64,000 bases of DNA from Neoconidiobolus thromboides FSU 785 (taxonomy: Eukaryota; Fungi; Entomophthoromycota): contig MU626276.1 in the NCBI GenBank assembly GCA_025603075.1, positions 1-64,000 of the forward strand. The letters are read 5' to 3'. Positions 12,179 to 24,974 of this stretch are shown here, in pieces. A program made the position numbers and the translations under genes. Position 1 is the stretch's first letter; every line of letters begins with the position of its first letter. The notes beneath the pieces were generated by a model. That model was not told the DNA's origin, did no database searches, and saw only the letters and a list, made by a program, of their open reading frames with translations.

Positions 12179-12382
12179 ATGTTTCAATTTAAAAGTAAAA
12201 AGAGGAAGACCAAGCCAACTCTAAAAAGCGTTAAGAGTATTGAAAGAATACCCCAACTACGCCAACAAATTCATCTAGTAAAAGATTTTGATACTATGTT
12301 AACCTATGGTTTCCCCAATCTTTCAAAAAATGGCCTCCAATGGACAATCAAACTTTCCTTAACACCCAATATCGCTTTGTAA
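12179..12382 (+). CDS. Small basic hypothetical protein (67 aa)
   Basis: ATG-initiated ORF, locally richer in C/G than its flanks, with a Lys-rich N-terminus and a structured-looking C-terminus (DFDTMLTYG...TIKLSLTP). No family recognised with certainty. Confidence 0.45.
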   Translation: MFQFKSKKRKTKPTLKSVKSIERIPQLRQQIHLVKDFDTMLTYGFPNLSKNGLQWTIKLSLTPNIAL

Positions 12383-12607
12383 TTCATTTAATGCCATATT
12401 CAAATTGAGTTAATACTTGATCCCTGTAATATTGTAAATAACATGAATGTTATTAATTAAGCTATATAGATTTTATTTCAATGTATAGAATAGAATAATA
12501 GAGGAATAGAAGTGCATATTAGAATAGAGATGTAAATAAAGTAATACATTAGTATAATTGAGATTAAGATTATTTTATTTTCTTGTATAAATATTAAAAT
12601 GATACGG

Positions 12608-13117
12608 TTAATTTAACTTTGTGTTTAATGCTTTCGAAGGAGATGCTATCATTATAGATAACTGATACTCTTGGTCAAAAGGTAAAATAGCTGAATGAAC
12701 ATTTTTAGATCCCCATGTATCCTTAAAGTCATCAGCAGGTGTAAAAATACTATTTTTTGATGTACGATTTATAGATTCCCTATAGGAAGGGGGTGGTAGT
12801 GATAAACCTTTAATTTCATCATGATCATTATTTATAGACTTATCACCGTTATATAAAGCTGATCTCTTTAGAGCTTGATATTTACAATAAAAGTACCAAA
12901 TTTGAAAACCAAAAATCATTAATGCAATATGCAGCATTAAAAAATAATAGATTATATCGGATTTGTTTACAACCATCCATATCATTACACCAAATAATAC
13001 ACATAGTTGAATCCAAAATACTACAAAGTACTTTAGAATCAACTTACTCCTCAATGTACGATATTCTTCAATATTGATCTCTTCTTCTTGTAATTTCAAC
13101 CAACCGAAGGATACCAT
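12608..13117 (-). CDS. Two-TM membrane protein with a cytosolic PPPSY (PY) motif
   Basis: Two hydrophobic segments (YFVVFWIQLCVLFGVMIWMVV and IIYYFLMLHIALMIFGFQIWYFY), then LPPPSY. Confidence 0.7.
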   Translation of the reverse strand: MVSFGWLKLQEEEINIEEYRTLRSKLILKYFVVFWIQLCVLFGVMIWMVVNKSDIIYYFLMLHIALMIFGFQIWYFYCKYQALKRSALYNGDKSINNDHDEIKGLSLPPPSYRESINRTSKNSIFTPADDFKDTWGSKNVHSAILPFDQEYQLSIMIASPSKALNTKLN

Positions 13118-14343
13118 AGCTATTTGTAATTTTAAACTAAATTTTAGATTTATTATATTATTAAGCTATATATATAGTTCCAAGCTTATTACATAAGAAT
13201 TAGATAAAGATAGCTTAAAATGAAATCAACTTAAATAATATTTACAGCATGTGTAAAAAAGCATTTAACTTTTTTCCAATTCTTTAAAAAATATGAAATT
13301 TATGGAGAAAACTTGGGGTTCATTAAAATTTTCATCAAATTAATCATTTTTTTGTTACAATTTTACTTTATTTCCATTTTTAGTAATTTTTTCCTCTCAG
13401 TTAAATTTTAATAATATCTCTCTTGTTTTATTATTTTATTTCTATCCTAACATGTGTGTATTTAGTTTTCATTGCTTGTTTGTGGCTTATAATCTATCAA
13501 CTCTTAGTTTTGATATAATGAGTCTAGAATCTTCATGTATTATATATTTTTTACTCAAACTATATATAAATATGGAATCAACAGCTTTAAAATAAAAAGT
13601 GAGATCAGATAATAATAGATGTCGAGTTAATTACTTTATAAAGTATAATAGTTGACTATTTTTAACACGTTCTTTATTAGAGTTTAATTGATTATGTATA
13701 GCTAATTCATTATCTCTATCAATAATATTTTTAAATAGTGATATAAGGTTAACCCAAAAATAAAGTTCATGATTTTACTTGGATGGGTATGATCGATCAA
13801 TGAAGAAATTTTTGTATTTTTATTTAACTATATTAAAGATTAAGAATATGTTAATTAACAATTGTTTGTAATAACGAATATCTCAATATAACGCTGAGGT
13901 TCATACATTTATTCATTGTTAATGAGTGAAATAACAGCTTAGTGTTGTTACTTTAAAAATTAGCAAACTAATGCCTTTATGGTAATAATATTTTTAGTAT
14001 TAAGTTTTATAATTTTGGAATGTCTGATGAACTTCAAAATTAATTTTACAGAGATATATTAAACTATTTAGATGAAGTAAAGTAAATTTATTTTGTTTTA
14101 TTCAAATAAAAGTCATAGCTTGAATTTGTATTATTTATGCTATATTTACTATTTAACTATTAATTCATAATTAACGTTATTAGAAATTGAAAAAAATAGT
14201 TAATTAACACTCTTAATTTATTTTGATTTTGTCTCTTAAGCTGAGTCCTAATGGGCAAATATTTTAGTAAATATATAAATTTTGTTTAAGCTTTGGACTT
14301 TGAAACCTCACTTTTAGTTTAAAATTTACATTCAAAGATAGCA

Positions 14344-14387
14344 ACTGTTTTTAGACTGTTTTTAGACTGTTTTTAAACTGTTTTGAG
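14344..14387. repeat. 11-bp tandem repeat (ACTGTTTTTAG) x4
   Basis: Units read ACTGTTTTTAG, ACTGTTTTTAG, ACTGTTTTTAA, ACTGTTTTGAG. Confidence 0.85.
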
Positions 14388-15536
14388 TTTTAGTGAGAAT
14401 AAAAGTATTTTAAAATTATCAGTAATTATACACCGAGTTAATGAATTGCAAGAAAATTGTAGGACAAAATATCTATAAACAAAGTCATAAATACATATTT
14501 TTGTAACTTATTTATAATTCATTAACAGGGGTCAAAAGTGTTAAAAATAGATTTATAACTAATAGACTAAATTTCACAATAAAATGAAGTAGTCTAATAA
14601 TATTAATTAATATATAAGTAAGAGAGTATTATTGGTTAAGTTTTAATATATATAAGTAGTTTTATTGAATTTAATCTAATTATAACTTTCTTAGTTATAA
14701 ATTCATCATATAATAGTTAGAAAGTTTGAAACAATTTAATCAAATATTTTAATATTACACTTTAGAAATCATATAAGCTAGGATTGTATCAATGATAAAA
14801 AACTCAATTGTATCTATTATAATATTCATTTCATTTATAATCTATTAATTCATGTTTATAATTATAGCTCATTTAATATGTCACAAAAGCAATATTAATA
14901 TTATCGAATAAATATTATTGCATTTATACTTTAATTTAGGCTATAGACAACTATTCTTAATTACTGAACCATGGTTAAATTGTTAATTTTTACGTAAGAA
15001 AAAGCGAAACGCCTATTCTTTATTTAGCAATATTATAATCAAGTTTAGTAAAACTTCAGTGAATAAATCGCTTTAAAGTTCTATTGATCTATTAATCTAT
15101 TGAAGCGAGCTACTATATTATTAGTTAATTAAGCATCAGAAACTATTCAAAAGGTATTGAAGTATAGTAAATATATCTTTATTTAAGCTTCATATTAGAT
15201 ACAATTTGAAAACTAGCTAACCACTTTTTCAGTTTACTTACTAGAATAAGATATAATTGGCTTCGTTTTATCTGGTAATCTAGGAACTAATTTTCATATA
15301 ATTCTGAAAATGATGCTGTTTATTGGTTAATTTCTAATCTTGTCCATAGCCAATTGCTATCAATTACTTCGTCACTACATTTGTCAGTCACATATAAATA
15401 AGATAAGATTACACGTTAATAAAATTTTGATAAAAGATAAAATTTCATAATCACTCTATCTTCTCATTCTATCTCTTTTTATTTCAATTTCAATTTAAAT
15501 CTCTTTATTTAAATCAATTAACATATTATATCCAAA

Positions 15537-18500
15537 ATGGTTAACACACTTGATCATTTACGTAGTCAACTTCGTGAAGAACGAAAAAATTTAATGGTTG
15601 CTAATCGTGGTGTAAGTTTAAATACATACTATAACCCAAAATGATTTAATTATAGTAGGAAATCGCTTCAAGAATTTTTAGAAGTGCCCATGAACTCTAT
15701 CTTCATACCGTTGCCATCTTCAGTTATGAGGATCGTCTTAATATTCATCGTTATAAAGTAATGTTAAATGTCTTGATTTTATCATTTTATTAATTTTATT
15801 AGGCTGATGAAGCTTATCAAGTAGGCGAAAGAGGAAAATATACTCCTGTTGCAGCTTATCTTGCTATAGATGAAATCATTAGCATTGCTAAAAAGCATAA
15901 CGTGCATTATATTCATCCTGGTTATGGTTTCTTATCGGAAAATGCTACTTTTGCTAGAAAAGTAGAAGAAAGTGGGATTGCATTCGTTGGTCCACCACCA
16001 GAAGTTATTGAAAAGTTAGGTGATAAAACCGCTGCAAGAAAGGTTGCTATTGAATGTGGAGTTCCAGTTGTACCTGGTACTCCAGGACCAATTTCTAAAG
16101 TTGAAGAGGCTGAAGCCTTTGTTAAAGAACATGGTTTCCCTGTTATCATAAAGGCTGCTATGGGTGGAGGTGGTCGTGGTATGCGTGTTGTTAAGGAAGG
16201 TGAAAGTATTAAAGATGCTTTTGAAAGAGCACAATCTGAGGCTTTAGCTGCTTTTGGTGATGGTACTGTTTTTGTAGAACGCTTTTTATACCGCCCACGT
16301 CATATTGAAGTTCAACTTTTAGCTGATGGTTATGGTAATGTGATTCATTTATTTGAACGTGATTGTTCAGTTCAACGTCGTCATCAGAAAGTCGTTGAAA
16401 TTGCGCCAGCACGTAACCTTAGCGATAGAGCTAGAAACGCAATTTTAGAAGACGCTGTTAAATTAGCTAAATATGTCGGATACAGAAACGCAGGTACCGC
16501 TGAGTTTTTAGTTGATGACCAAGAGCGCCATTATTTCATTGAGATCAATCCTCGTATTCAAGTAGAACATACTATTACTGAAGAAATCACTGGTATTGAT
16601 ATTGTTGCTGCACAAATCCAAATTGCTGGAGGATCGTCTTTAGAAGAGCTTGGGCTTACTCAAGATAAAATAAAGATTAGGGGATTTGCAATTCAATGTC
16701 GTGTAACAACTGAAGATCCTGAAAATGGATTCCAACCTGATGCAGGAAAAATCGAAGTATATCGTTCAGCTGGTGGTAACGGTGTTCGTTTAGATGGTGG
16801 TATGGGTTATGCTGGAGCAATTATCACGCCACATTATGATTCTCTTTTAGTAAAAGTCACTTGTTCTGGATCTAACTTTGAAGTTGCTCGTAGAAAAGTC
16901 CTTCGTGCTTTAGTTGAATTCCGTATTCGTGGTGTTAAAACTAATATTCCTTTTGTTCAACGCTTACTAACTCATAATATCTTTGTTGATGGTACCCCAT
17001 GGACTACCATGATTGATGATACTCCAGAGTTATTTAATCTTATTATTTCCAAAAATCGTGCTCAAAAGGTTCTTAACTATTTTGCCGATTTAATTGTAAA
17101 TGGTTCTCAAATCAAAGGTCAAGTTGGAGAGCCTAAGAACTTACAACCATTAAAGATTGCACCATTGAGAAGCTTATCTGGTGAAGTTTTAGATACTTCT
17201 GCACCACCAACTCATGGTTGGAGACAAATTCTTTTAGATCAAGGACCAGAAGCTTTTGCACGTGCAGTTCGTAAACACCCTGGATTATTAATCACTGATA
17301 CTACATGGCGTGATGCCCATCAAAGTCTTTTAGCCACTAGGGTTCGTACAATCGATATCGCCTCTATTGCTCCTAATACTGCCTATGCTCTTCAAAATGC
17401 ATTCAGTTTAGAAATGTGGGGTGGAGCTACCTTCGATGTTGCTATGCGCTTTTTATATGAAGATCCTTGGGAACGCCTAGCCAAACTTCGTAAATTAGTT
17501 CCTAATGTACCATTCCAGATGCTCCTCCGTGGTGCTAATGCTGTTGGATATACCTCTTATCCAGATAACGTAGTTTATGAATTCTGTAAAAAGGCTGTTG
17601 AGTATGGTATGGATGTTTTTAGAGTCTTTGATTCTTTAAATTATGTAGAAAATCTTAAGCTTGGCATCGACGCTGTTCGCAAAGCTGGTGGTGTTGTTGA
17701 AGCAACTATCTGCTATACTGGCGATGTTTCAGATCCAGAACGTAAAAAACATAACCTTGAGTATTATTTGGATCTTACCACTAAACTTGTTGAATATGGA
17801 ATACATATTTTAGCTATCAAAGATATGGCTGGCTTACTCAAACCAAAGGCTGCTAAGCTTTTAGTTAGTGCCATTCGTGCTAAATTCCCTGATCTTCCTA
17901 TTCATGTCCACACTCATGATACTGCTGGTACAGGTGTAGCTAGTATGTTAGCTGCTGCTGAAGCTGGTGCAGATATTGTTGATGTAGCTGTTGATAGTAT
18001 GTCTGGACTTACTTCTCAACCTTCTATGGGAGCTCTTGTTGGAGCCTTAGAGCACACTGAGCTTGATACTGGTATTAAACACAATGATATAACCAGTATT
18101 AATTCTTATTGGGAACAACTTCGTCTTCTATACTCTTGCTTTGATCCTAATGTTAAAAGCGGTGATTCTGGAGTATATCAACATGAGATGCCTGGAGGTC
18201 AATATACCAATCTTTTATTCCAAGCACAATCACTTGGACTTGGAGAGCAATGGAATGAAGTTAAAAAGGCTTATGCAGAAGCTAATTTGTTATGCGGCGA
18301 TATTGTTAAAGTTACTCCATCTTCAAAAGTCGTTGGTGATTTCGCTCAATTTATGGTATCTAACAAACTTGCTTACCAAGATGTTCTTGATCGTGCTGAA
18401 ACCCTTTCATTCCCAACTTCAGTTGTTGAATTCTTCCAGGGTTTCTTGGGACAACCATACGGTGGATTCAATGAAGAGCTTCGTAGTAAAATTATAAAGA

Positions 18501-19138
18501 ATTTACCAAAGATAGAAGGAAGACCTGGGGCATCTCTTCCACCATTAGACTTTGAGGCTCTTAAAAAGGATCTTCAAGCTAAATATGGCCACAAGATTCG
18601 TGATGTCGATGTAGTTTCTGCAGCTCTTTATCCTAAAGTTTTTGATGAATTCATGGCAAAGGTTGAAGAATATGGTGATGTTTCTATAATCCCTACTCGT
18701 TATTTTATTTCCAAACCTCCTATTAACGAAGAATTTTTCATTGAAATTGATCAAGGTAAAACATTAATTATTAAACTCCTTGCAGTTGCACAGATCAACC
18801 CTAATAATGGTACACGTGATGTCTACTTTCAACTCAATGGTGAAGCACGTAATGTAGCTGTTGTTGATAAATCTGCTGCTGTTGAACACGTTAAAAGGCC
18901 AAAAGCAGATAGTAAACAACCAGGAGACGTTGGCGCCCCAATGGCTGGTGTGGTTGTTGAAGTCCGTATTAAACAGGGTACTCCAATTCAAGCTGGAGAT
19001 CCAATCTGTGTACTTAGTGCCATGAAAATGGAGACATTGGTTGCTTCCCCAGTTTCTGGTATTATTGAATCGTTACACATTAATGAAGGTGATTCATTAA
19101 ACTCTGGAGATTTAATCGTACACATTTCTAAGGCATAA
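15537..19138 (+). CDS. PYC1: Pyruvate carboxylase (biotin carboxylase, carboxyltransferase and BCCP domains), 3 exons
   Basis: True start is ATG 15537 (MVNTLDHL...LMVANRG|EIASRIFR...HRYK|ADEAY), with introns 15612-15658 and 15758-15802. Motifs GGGGRGMR, RDCSVQRRHQK, DTTWRDAHQS, HTHDT and biotin site AMKME. No obvious mitochondrial presequence. Confidence 0.98.
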
Positions 19139-19776
19139 TCTTTTTAATCTAAGCCTAATATTATATTTAAAATATAAACATTTTTTATTATTCACTTTAA
19201 GATTAGTTGTTTTCTGTATATTTAGTCTTTTGATATTAACACTAGTTTTAGTACCTTTATTATTTCAATATGTATACTATTTAACATATTTATTATTTCA
19301 TTATACTAATTACTTATTAAATCTGCTACTTTTTATATTAACTATTTCAATACCCATAATATTTTATCATTTAATATAAAAAAGGTGGCACTGAGTATAA
19401 CTGTTGATGGTGAAAATTTATTCTAAAATTAATAATTAAAATAGCCGAAATAAAAATGCGATAGCAGCGGTTATATATAAATAGTTTATTACACCAGTAA
19501 GTATTAGAAAGCACCTAATTATTAAATAAGGAGGTTTAATAACACATTTGTAAGGTCTTTAAGTAACTTTTCTGATATATTAACTTAATTTTGTTTTTAT
19601 TGAAATATAATTTTATAATATTTTTCACAAATTAAAGATAATATTTTGCTTGTGATTAAATAAAGGATAGGATTAGATTAAAATAATTGGTCTAAACTTT
19701 AGGGTACTGAAATTATTACATCAGCATTATTTTAATATAAAAGCTCAAAAAAATATCAAATTTGTTTAATTTTAAG

Positions 19777-22183
19777 ATGTCTAATCGAAGAGACAATCAA
19801 CCTTTAAATAAAAACCACACTGGGAACAACTATGGTACCTCAAGTTCTAGCAATGAAGATCTTTTGAATAGGAATGGAGGTGAACCTTTGTTATCATTTT
19901 CTCGGATAAAACGCTCCTTTGCTCCAGGACAAAGCTCAGTTTACATACTATCATCGGCAATTGTATCGTTTGTTGTTGTATGCTCTCTTATTGTAATAAT
20001 TGTCTTGGGAGGTAGCAGGATATTACATCCTAATCCATCCCCACACCGTTATATAGATCCATTTAAGGGATTTGACAGAGTTCCAAGCACTGATTCGCTT
20101 CGCTCCCACCTCAAATATATTACAAAAGATGTTCATATTGCTGGAAAAGGCAAGCCTTTAGCAGAGTGGTATGCTAAAAGACTTAAATCATTTGGGCTTA
20201 AAACCGAAACTGTTGAGTATTATCCTTATTTAAACTATCCCTCAAATCGTCGTTTAGCTATCGTTGATCCACCTGAATTAAAATATGAAGCTAAACTTAC
20301 AGAAGAAAGAGTTAAAGAGGATTATACATCTCAAGATCCTAATGCAGTTCCAACTTTTCATGGATTATCGGCAAGTGGAAATGTTACAGCAGAGATTGTA
20401 TATGCAAATTACGGAACTTGGGATGATTTCAAAGTACTTGAAGTGAATAACATCAGCGTAAAGGGAAAAATTGTTTTAGTCAAATATGGTAAATGCTTCC
20501 GTGGGCTCAAAGTGCGCGCTGCGGAGCTCAAGGGCGCTATAGGAGTCCTTATCTACTCAGATCCTTCTGATGATGGAGAAAAGAAAGGTGATATATATCC
20601 AAAAGGACCATTCCGCCCAAGCTCTGGGGTACAAAGAGGCTCTGTTTCTTACCTTAGTCTGTTAGCTGGAGACCCTTTGACACCAGGAGTCCCTGCAACT
20701 AAAGATGCTGTACGTATTCCTATAGAAGAAGCTAAAGTTCTTCCTAAAATCCCCTCACTTCCAATTTCTTATGGGGATGCTTTACCATTATTCCGTGCTT
20801 TAGCTGGTGAAGGGAAACGTGCCAAAAAATTAGGTCCAGATTGGGAAGGAGGTTTGGAAATATCTTATTGGACCGGTCCATCTGAAGCTAAAGTGAATTT
20901 AGTAAACATTGTTAATGGAGGTATACATACTATCTATAATGTAATTGCTACGATTCCTGGGGAAGAAGAACCCGAGAAACAAATAATCTTTGGGAATCAC
21001 CGTGATGCATGGGTTTATGGAGCCACTGATCCTGGATCTGGCAGTGCTGCAATGTTAGAAGTAGCTCGCACATTTGGTTATTTATTAAAACGTGGATGGA
21101 AACCTAGAAGGACAATTAAATTATGTAGTTGGGATGGAGAAGAATATGGGCTAATTGGTTCAACAGAATGGTCAGAAGATTTTGCTAAAGAATTGACCAA
21201 GGAAGCAGTTGCCTACATTAATGTTGATGGGTTTGAAGGAACACAATTTTCAGCAGCAGGTACCCCTACTTTACTAAAATTAATTGAAAATGTAACTGCT
21301 CAGGTTAACGATCCATACAATAATGGTACTATTTATGACACTTGGTTTAAAAATAGTAAAGGGAGCGTGCAATTAAGAGGGCTAGGTTCTGGTAGTGACT
21401 TTACACCATTCTACCAAAACCTTGGCATCTCATCTGTAAATCTAGACTTTTCCTCAAAACATGGCTCTGGTATATATCATTCGAACTATGATTCATTCCA
21501 TTATGTTGAAAAATTTTCTGACCCAGAATTTAAAACACATCTTGCAATGACTCAAATTATTGGAAAATTGTTAATAACTTTAGCTGATGGACCCCTTCTT
21601 TCATTTCAACTTGGGGAATATGGATCGAAATTGTCAGCCTATGTTGAAAAAGTTGAAGAGAGTATCAAAAAAGGATCAAAAAATAAAGTTAATTTTACTG
21701 CCTTTCGTAAGGCGTTGACCAAGTTTACTGATGAAGGTAAAAAAGTCGATGCTGAGGCTGTTTCATTACATAAAAAGATTAGTAATGGTAAAGGAAAAGA
21801 AAGCTGCCCTAAAGATGATAAAGAATGTTTAAATCAATTAAAGTGGATTAATGATAAAATGGCATTCTTGGAGCGTAAAATGCTTGATCAAGACGGTAAT
21901 AATTTTATAATAACACGAAAAATTTATTAAAATGAGTACTTAGGAATTGAAGGTAGAGAATTTTATAAACATTTTGTATATGCACCAGGACTTTGGGCAG
22001 GGTAAGTGTTTTTTAAACTGTTAGGTTTCTAAACTTAAACTTTATAGATATGAAACACAAGTCTTCCCTTCTTTGAATGAGGCATTAGATGTCAAAGATT
22101 ATAAAAAAGCTAATGAAGTTGTACGTAAATATACAGAACTTATAAATGAAGCAGTGGACTTTCTTGAATTAGTAGAATATTAG
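19777..22183 (+). CDS. M28 glutamate carboxypeptidase II-like type II membrane peptidase (PA + M28 + TFR-dimer), 3 exons
   Basis: ATG at 19777; N-terminal TM segment. Zn-ligand motifs GNHRDAW, DPGSG, WDGEEYG, YINVD and YHSNYD are all intact. Introns 21896-21943 and 22002-22047 extend the frame to TAG at 22181-22183. Confidence 0.95.
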
Positions 22184-22449
22184 ATACCTCATAGTAATCT
22201 ATTCTGAAGCTTGAATTTGTAAAACTAAAATTGCATGTTTCAATTTTGATCAGCTTATACATTATTTTAATTTCAATAAAAATGTAAATCTTTCAAATGA
22301 TATTTATAAAATCAAATTAATACTTTGTGCTAAAGCTTTATTGATATTGTTGTAGTTCTATAAAAAGTAAAACTACACATTTAATGTGTTAATACTCTTC
22401 ATGCTCTAAATTAATAAACATTTTAATATAATATAGAGATGAGAAAATT

Positions 22450-23100
22450 GTTGTATTTGAACTTAGTAAAAACCTTTGGTCAGCTTCTTGTGACATGTAC
22501 ATTTTTAGATCTTGTAAAGTACATAAGTCTCCTGAGGTTACTGATCTATGCATGCTTTTTCCGACTTGAAAAGAAGATATTTTACATCAATTTACTCATT
22601 GTCTTTTTGCCTATTCACTGGCTGTATGTATAATCTTGTTTATTTAGTTTCCAGCCTCCGCCTTTTATTGCTTCAGCTGGTAGCCAAACATTTTTAGTTG
22701 CTTCTCAACCTCCAACTCTACCATCCATTGAACAGTTATTTCTCTCAAAATCATTTTCATAATCTCATCTCACTCGAAGCTCCTCTTTAACGCCAAAGTT
22801 ATTCCTCCTTACTCCCATGTTTCCCAGGCTGTGAATCTACAATTACTTTAGAACTTAGTCCATCTCTTATATACCTTGGTACTTTTATAGGTCCTATTCC
22901 TTTGATCTTTTTTCTTTAATTCTTTGAAGGTATCAGTCCTTCAATTGTGACAATACTCCTTAGCTCTTGTAAAGGCCAATTTCTTTTTAACTTATCATCT
23001 TACTCTAATACCATGATCACCATCCTTGCTAGACCATAGTATCTGATTAGTAAATTTTCTAATTTTTTGACCTACTAATATTGCTAAAAATATATCTCGT
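22450..23100 (-). pseudogene. Possible decayed coding relic (transposon-like), unidentified
   Basis: The minus strand is purine-rich and less AT-rich than its flanks. Frames read protein-like for 20-40 codons between stops. There is a weak resemblance (VWLP...GGGW) to non-LTR RT thumb regions, which is not decisive. Confidence 0.25.
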
Positions 23101-23621
23101 TCTTTCAATAGAATTACACTTTAAACAATATTTAGACTTAGTTTTAAGATGCTTAAATTTCTTACTCTATCTGTTCATAATTTTTGTACTTTAAACTTTT
23201 TCTGGCATTTGGCACTGTATTCTATTTTATCTCTTTTACTTTTTAACTCATTAATAGTTACAACTCAAATCGAAAACAATAAAGTTTATTGATTTTAATA
23301 TTTATTTTATATTAACTTTGAATTATTATTTTTAATATTGATTTCATGGAATTTTTATTTTGTAACAATTTTCACTTATTAAAATACTCGGGTCTTAATT
23401 TTAATAAAATTTACCTAAAAAATTAATTTATAATGGTAAAGTAATAATTATGTTGTTATAAATAGACTCGGCTCCCTATATATACTTATTAACAATCTAT
23501 TTAGTGCAAAAAATATTTGTCAAGTAATTTATAAACTACAACTTTAATTCTTAATCCATAACTTTCATTTTAAAATATACAAGTTTGTATCCTCATTTTA
23601 TTACATTTACAAAATAACATT

Positions 23622-23721
23622 TGGAGATGTATTTTTGCGTTTAAGAATTTTACTAACAATTTTCCCGCTTAAATAGTACTTAAAAGATGGAAAAATAATA
23701 AAGTTGAAAAAAACACTCCCA
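23622..23721. mobile_element. MITE-like foldback element, copy A
   Basis: TGGAGATGTATTTTT...AAAAAAACACTCCCA, 100 bp, flanked by TT/TT. Confidence 0.8.
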
Positions 23722-24974
23722 TTTTGTAAAATGATGAAAACATATTTGATTATATTTATCAGTCGGTATAGATTAATTGGTCTATAAAAGAAAGTACGTT
23801 TTTTTAATAAATTTCATAGTGATAATATATTGACTTTTGAGAAACTTCAATAGTTATAGGTTTTTATTTGTTATAGCAAAATGAAAAGCGGAAAATAGTG
23901 TGAATTAATTCCAGGGGTAAAGAGAGGTAGGAAAGAAGTAATACTAACTCAATAGACCCTGTTTTAAATTAAATAGGTTACTTGAAGTAACTTTAAACTC
24001 TCTTTTAATGATAATGTGTTTAAAAAGAATCAAATATTTCGTTTCAAATACTTTTTTATAAGATAAAGATTTGTTTGCTGAATAGCTTGTACTTAACTTT
24101 TGATTTAATAGTAATAGGCATTTATATTTAAATGCTAATTTTTAAGAGCAAGTGAAAATAAATTAAGTCCTATCTTTAGAACTAAAATTAATCAAAAGGT
24201 TGGCAATTTTGTATAAAATAGGAGTTAGGAAACTAATTTACTTAAAAGGTTAGTTTAACTTTGGAGTATTTAACTTCTATTTCAAATAACTTATTAAATA
24301 TGTTTGAGTATCATTTCTTGATAAATTGCATCTAGTTTTAATTAAAAGCGAAGTAATTCACTATTTTTAATTATAGTTAAAGTAACACAAAAAGTATAAT
24401 TTATTGAGGTTTAATTACAATTAAGCTGAGCTACTTTCATATACTTTATTTAAAATTGTCTTACCTCTAGAATTAACTCGTTATCCCACAAAAAAAATAG
24501 CCTCAGATCATATACAAATTAATAAAATAAACTGCTATAATATACTTTCCACATAATAAGTTGTTTTAGCGAGACTACAATTTAATATGCTATGATTTTG
24601 CTCTAAGAAGAATATTAAAAGAATAAATTATTATTTTAAAAATTTCTCCCTTAAAATTTGCATGATTGATTGGTTGAAAGGTGAAACCATTATAGCTAAT
24701 TTTAAGTCATTAGCTTAAAAAGTCACAAATAGCAATCACTAAGGATTGCCCCTTTTAAACCAGGATGCGTCTAAACTTTGGCTTAAAAACTCCCTTTCAC
24801 TAAATTGAAGTTAAAAAAACCATCCACTATTAGCAAATAAGATTTAATTTATGCACTTCATTCAAAGATTTATTTTGTAGCCAATTTGACCTTTATTTTT
24901 TCGTTCTCTTTTTATTAGCATTTGCTATTATTTTTTATTTACTGTTGCAACAAAATTATATTTGAATTGTGTAA

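Noticed and set aside
15922-18991. Short ORFs overlapping PYC1 (15922-16149, 16016-16234, 16209-16412, 18141-18497, 18545-18754, 18764-18991)
   Set aside because: Shadow frames of a long codon-biased gene, with no recognisable motifs.
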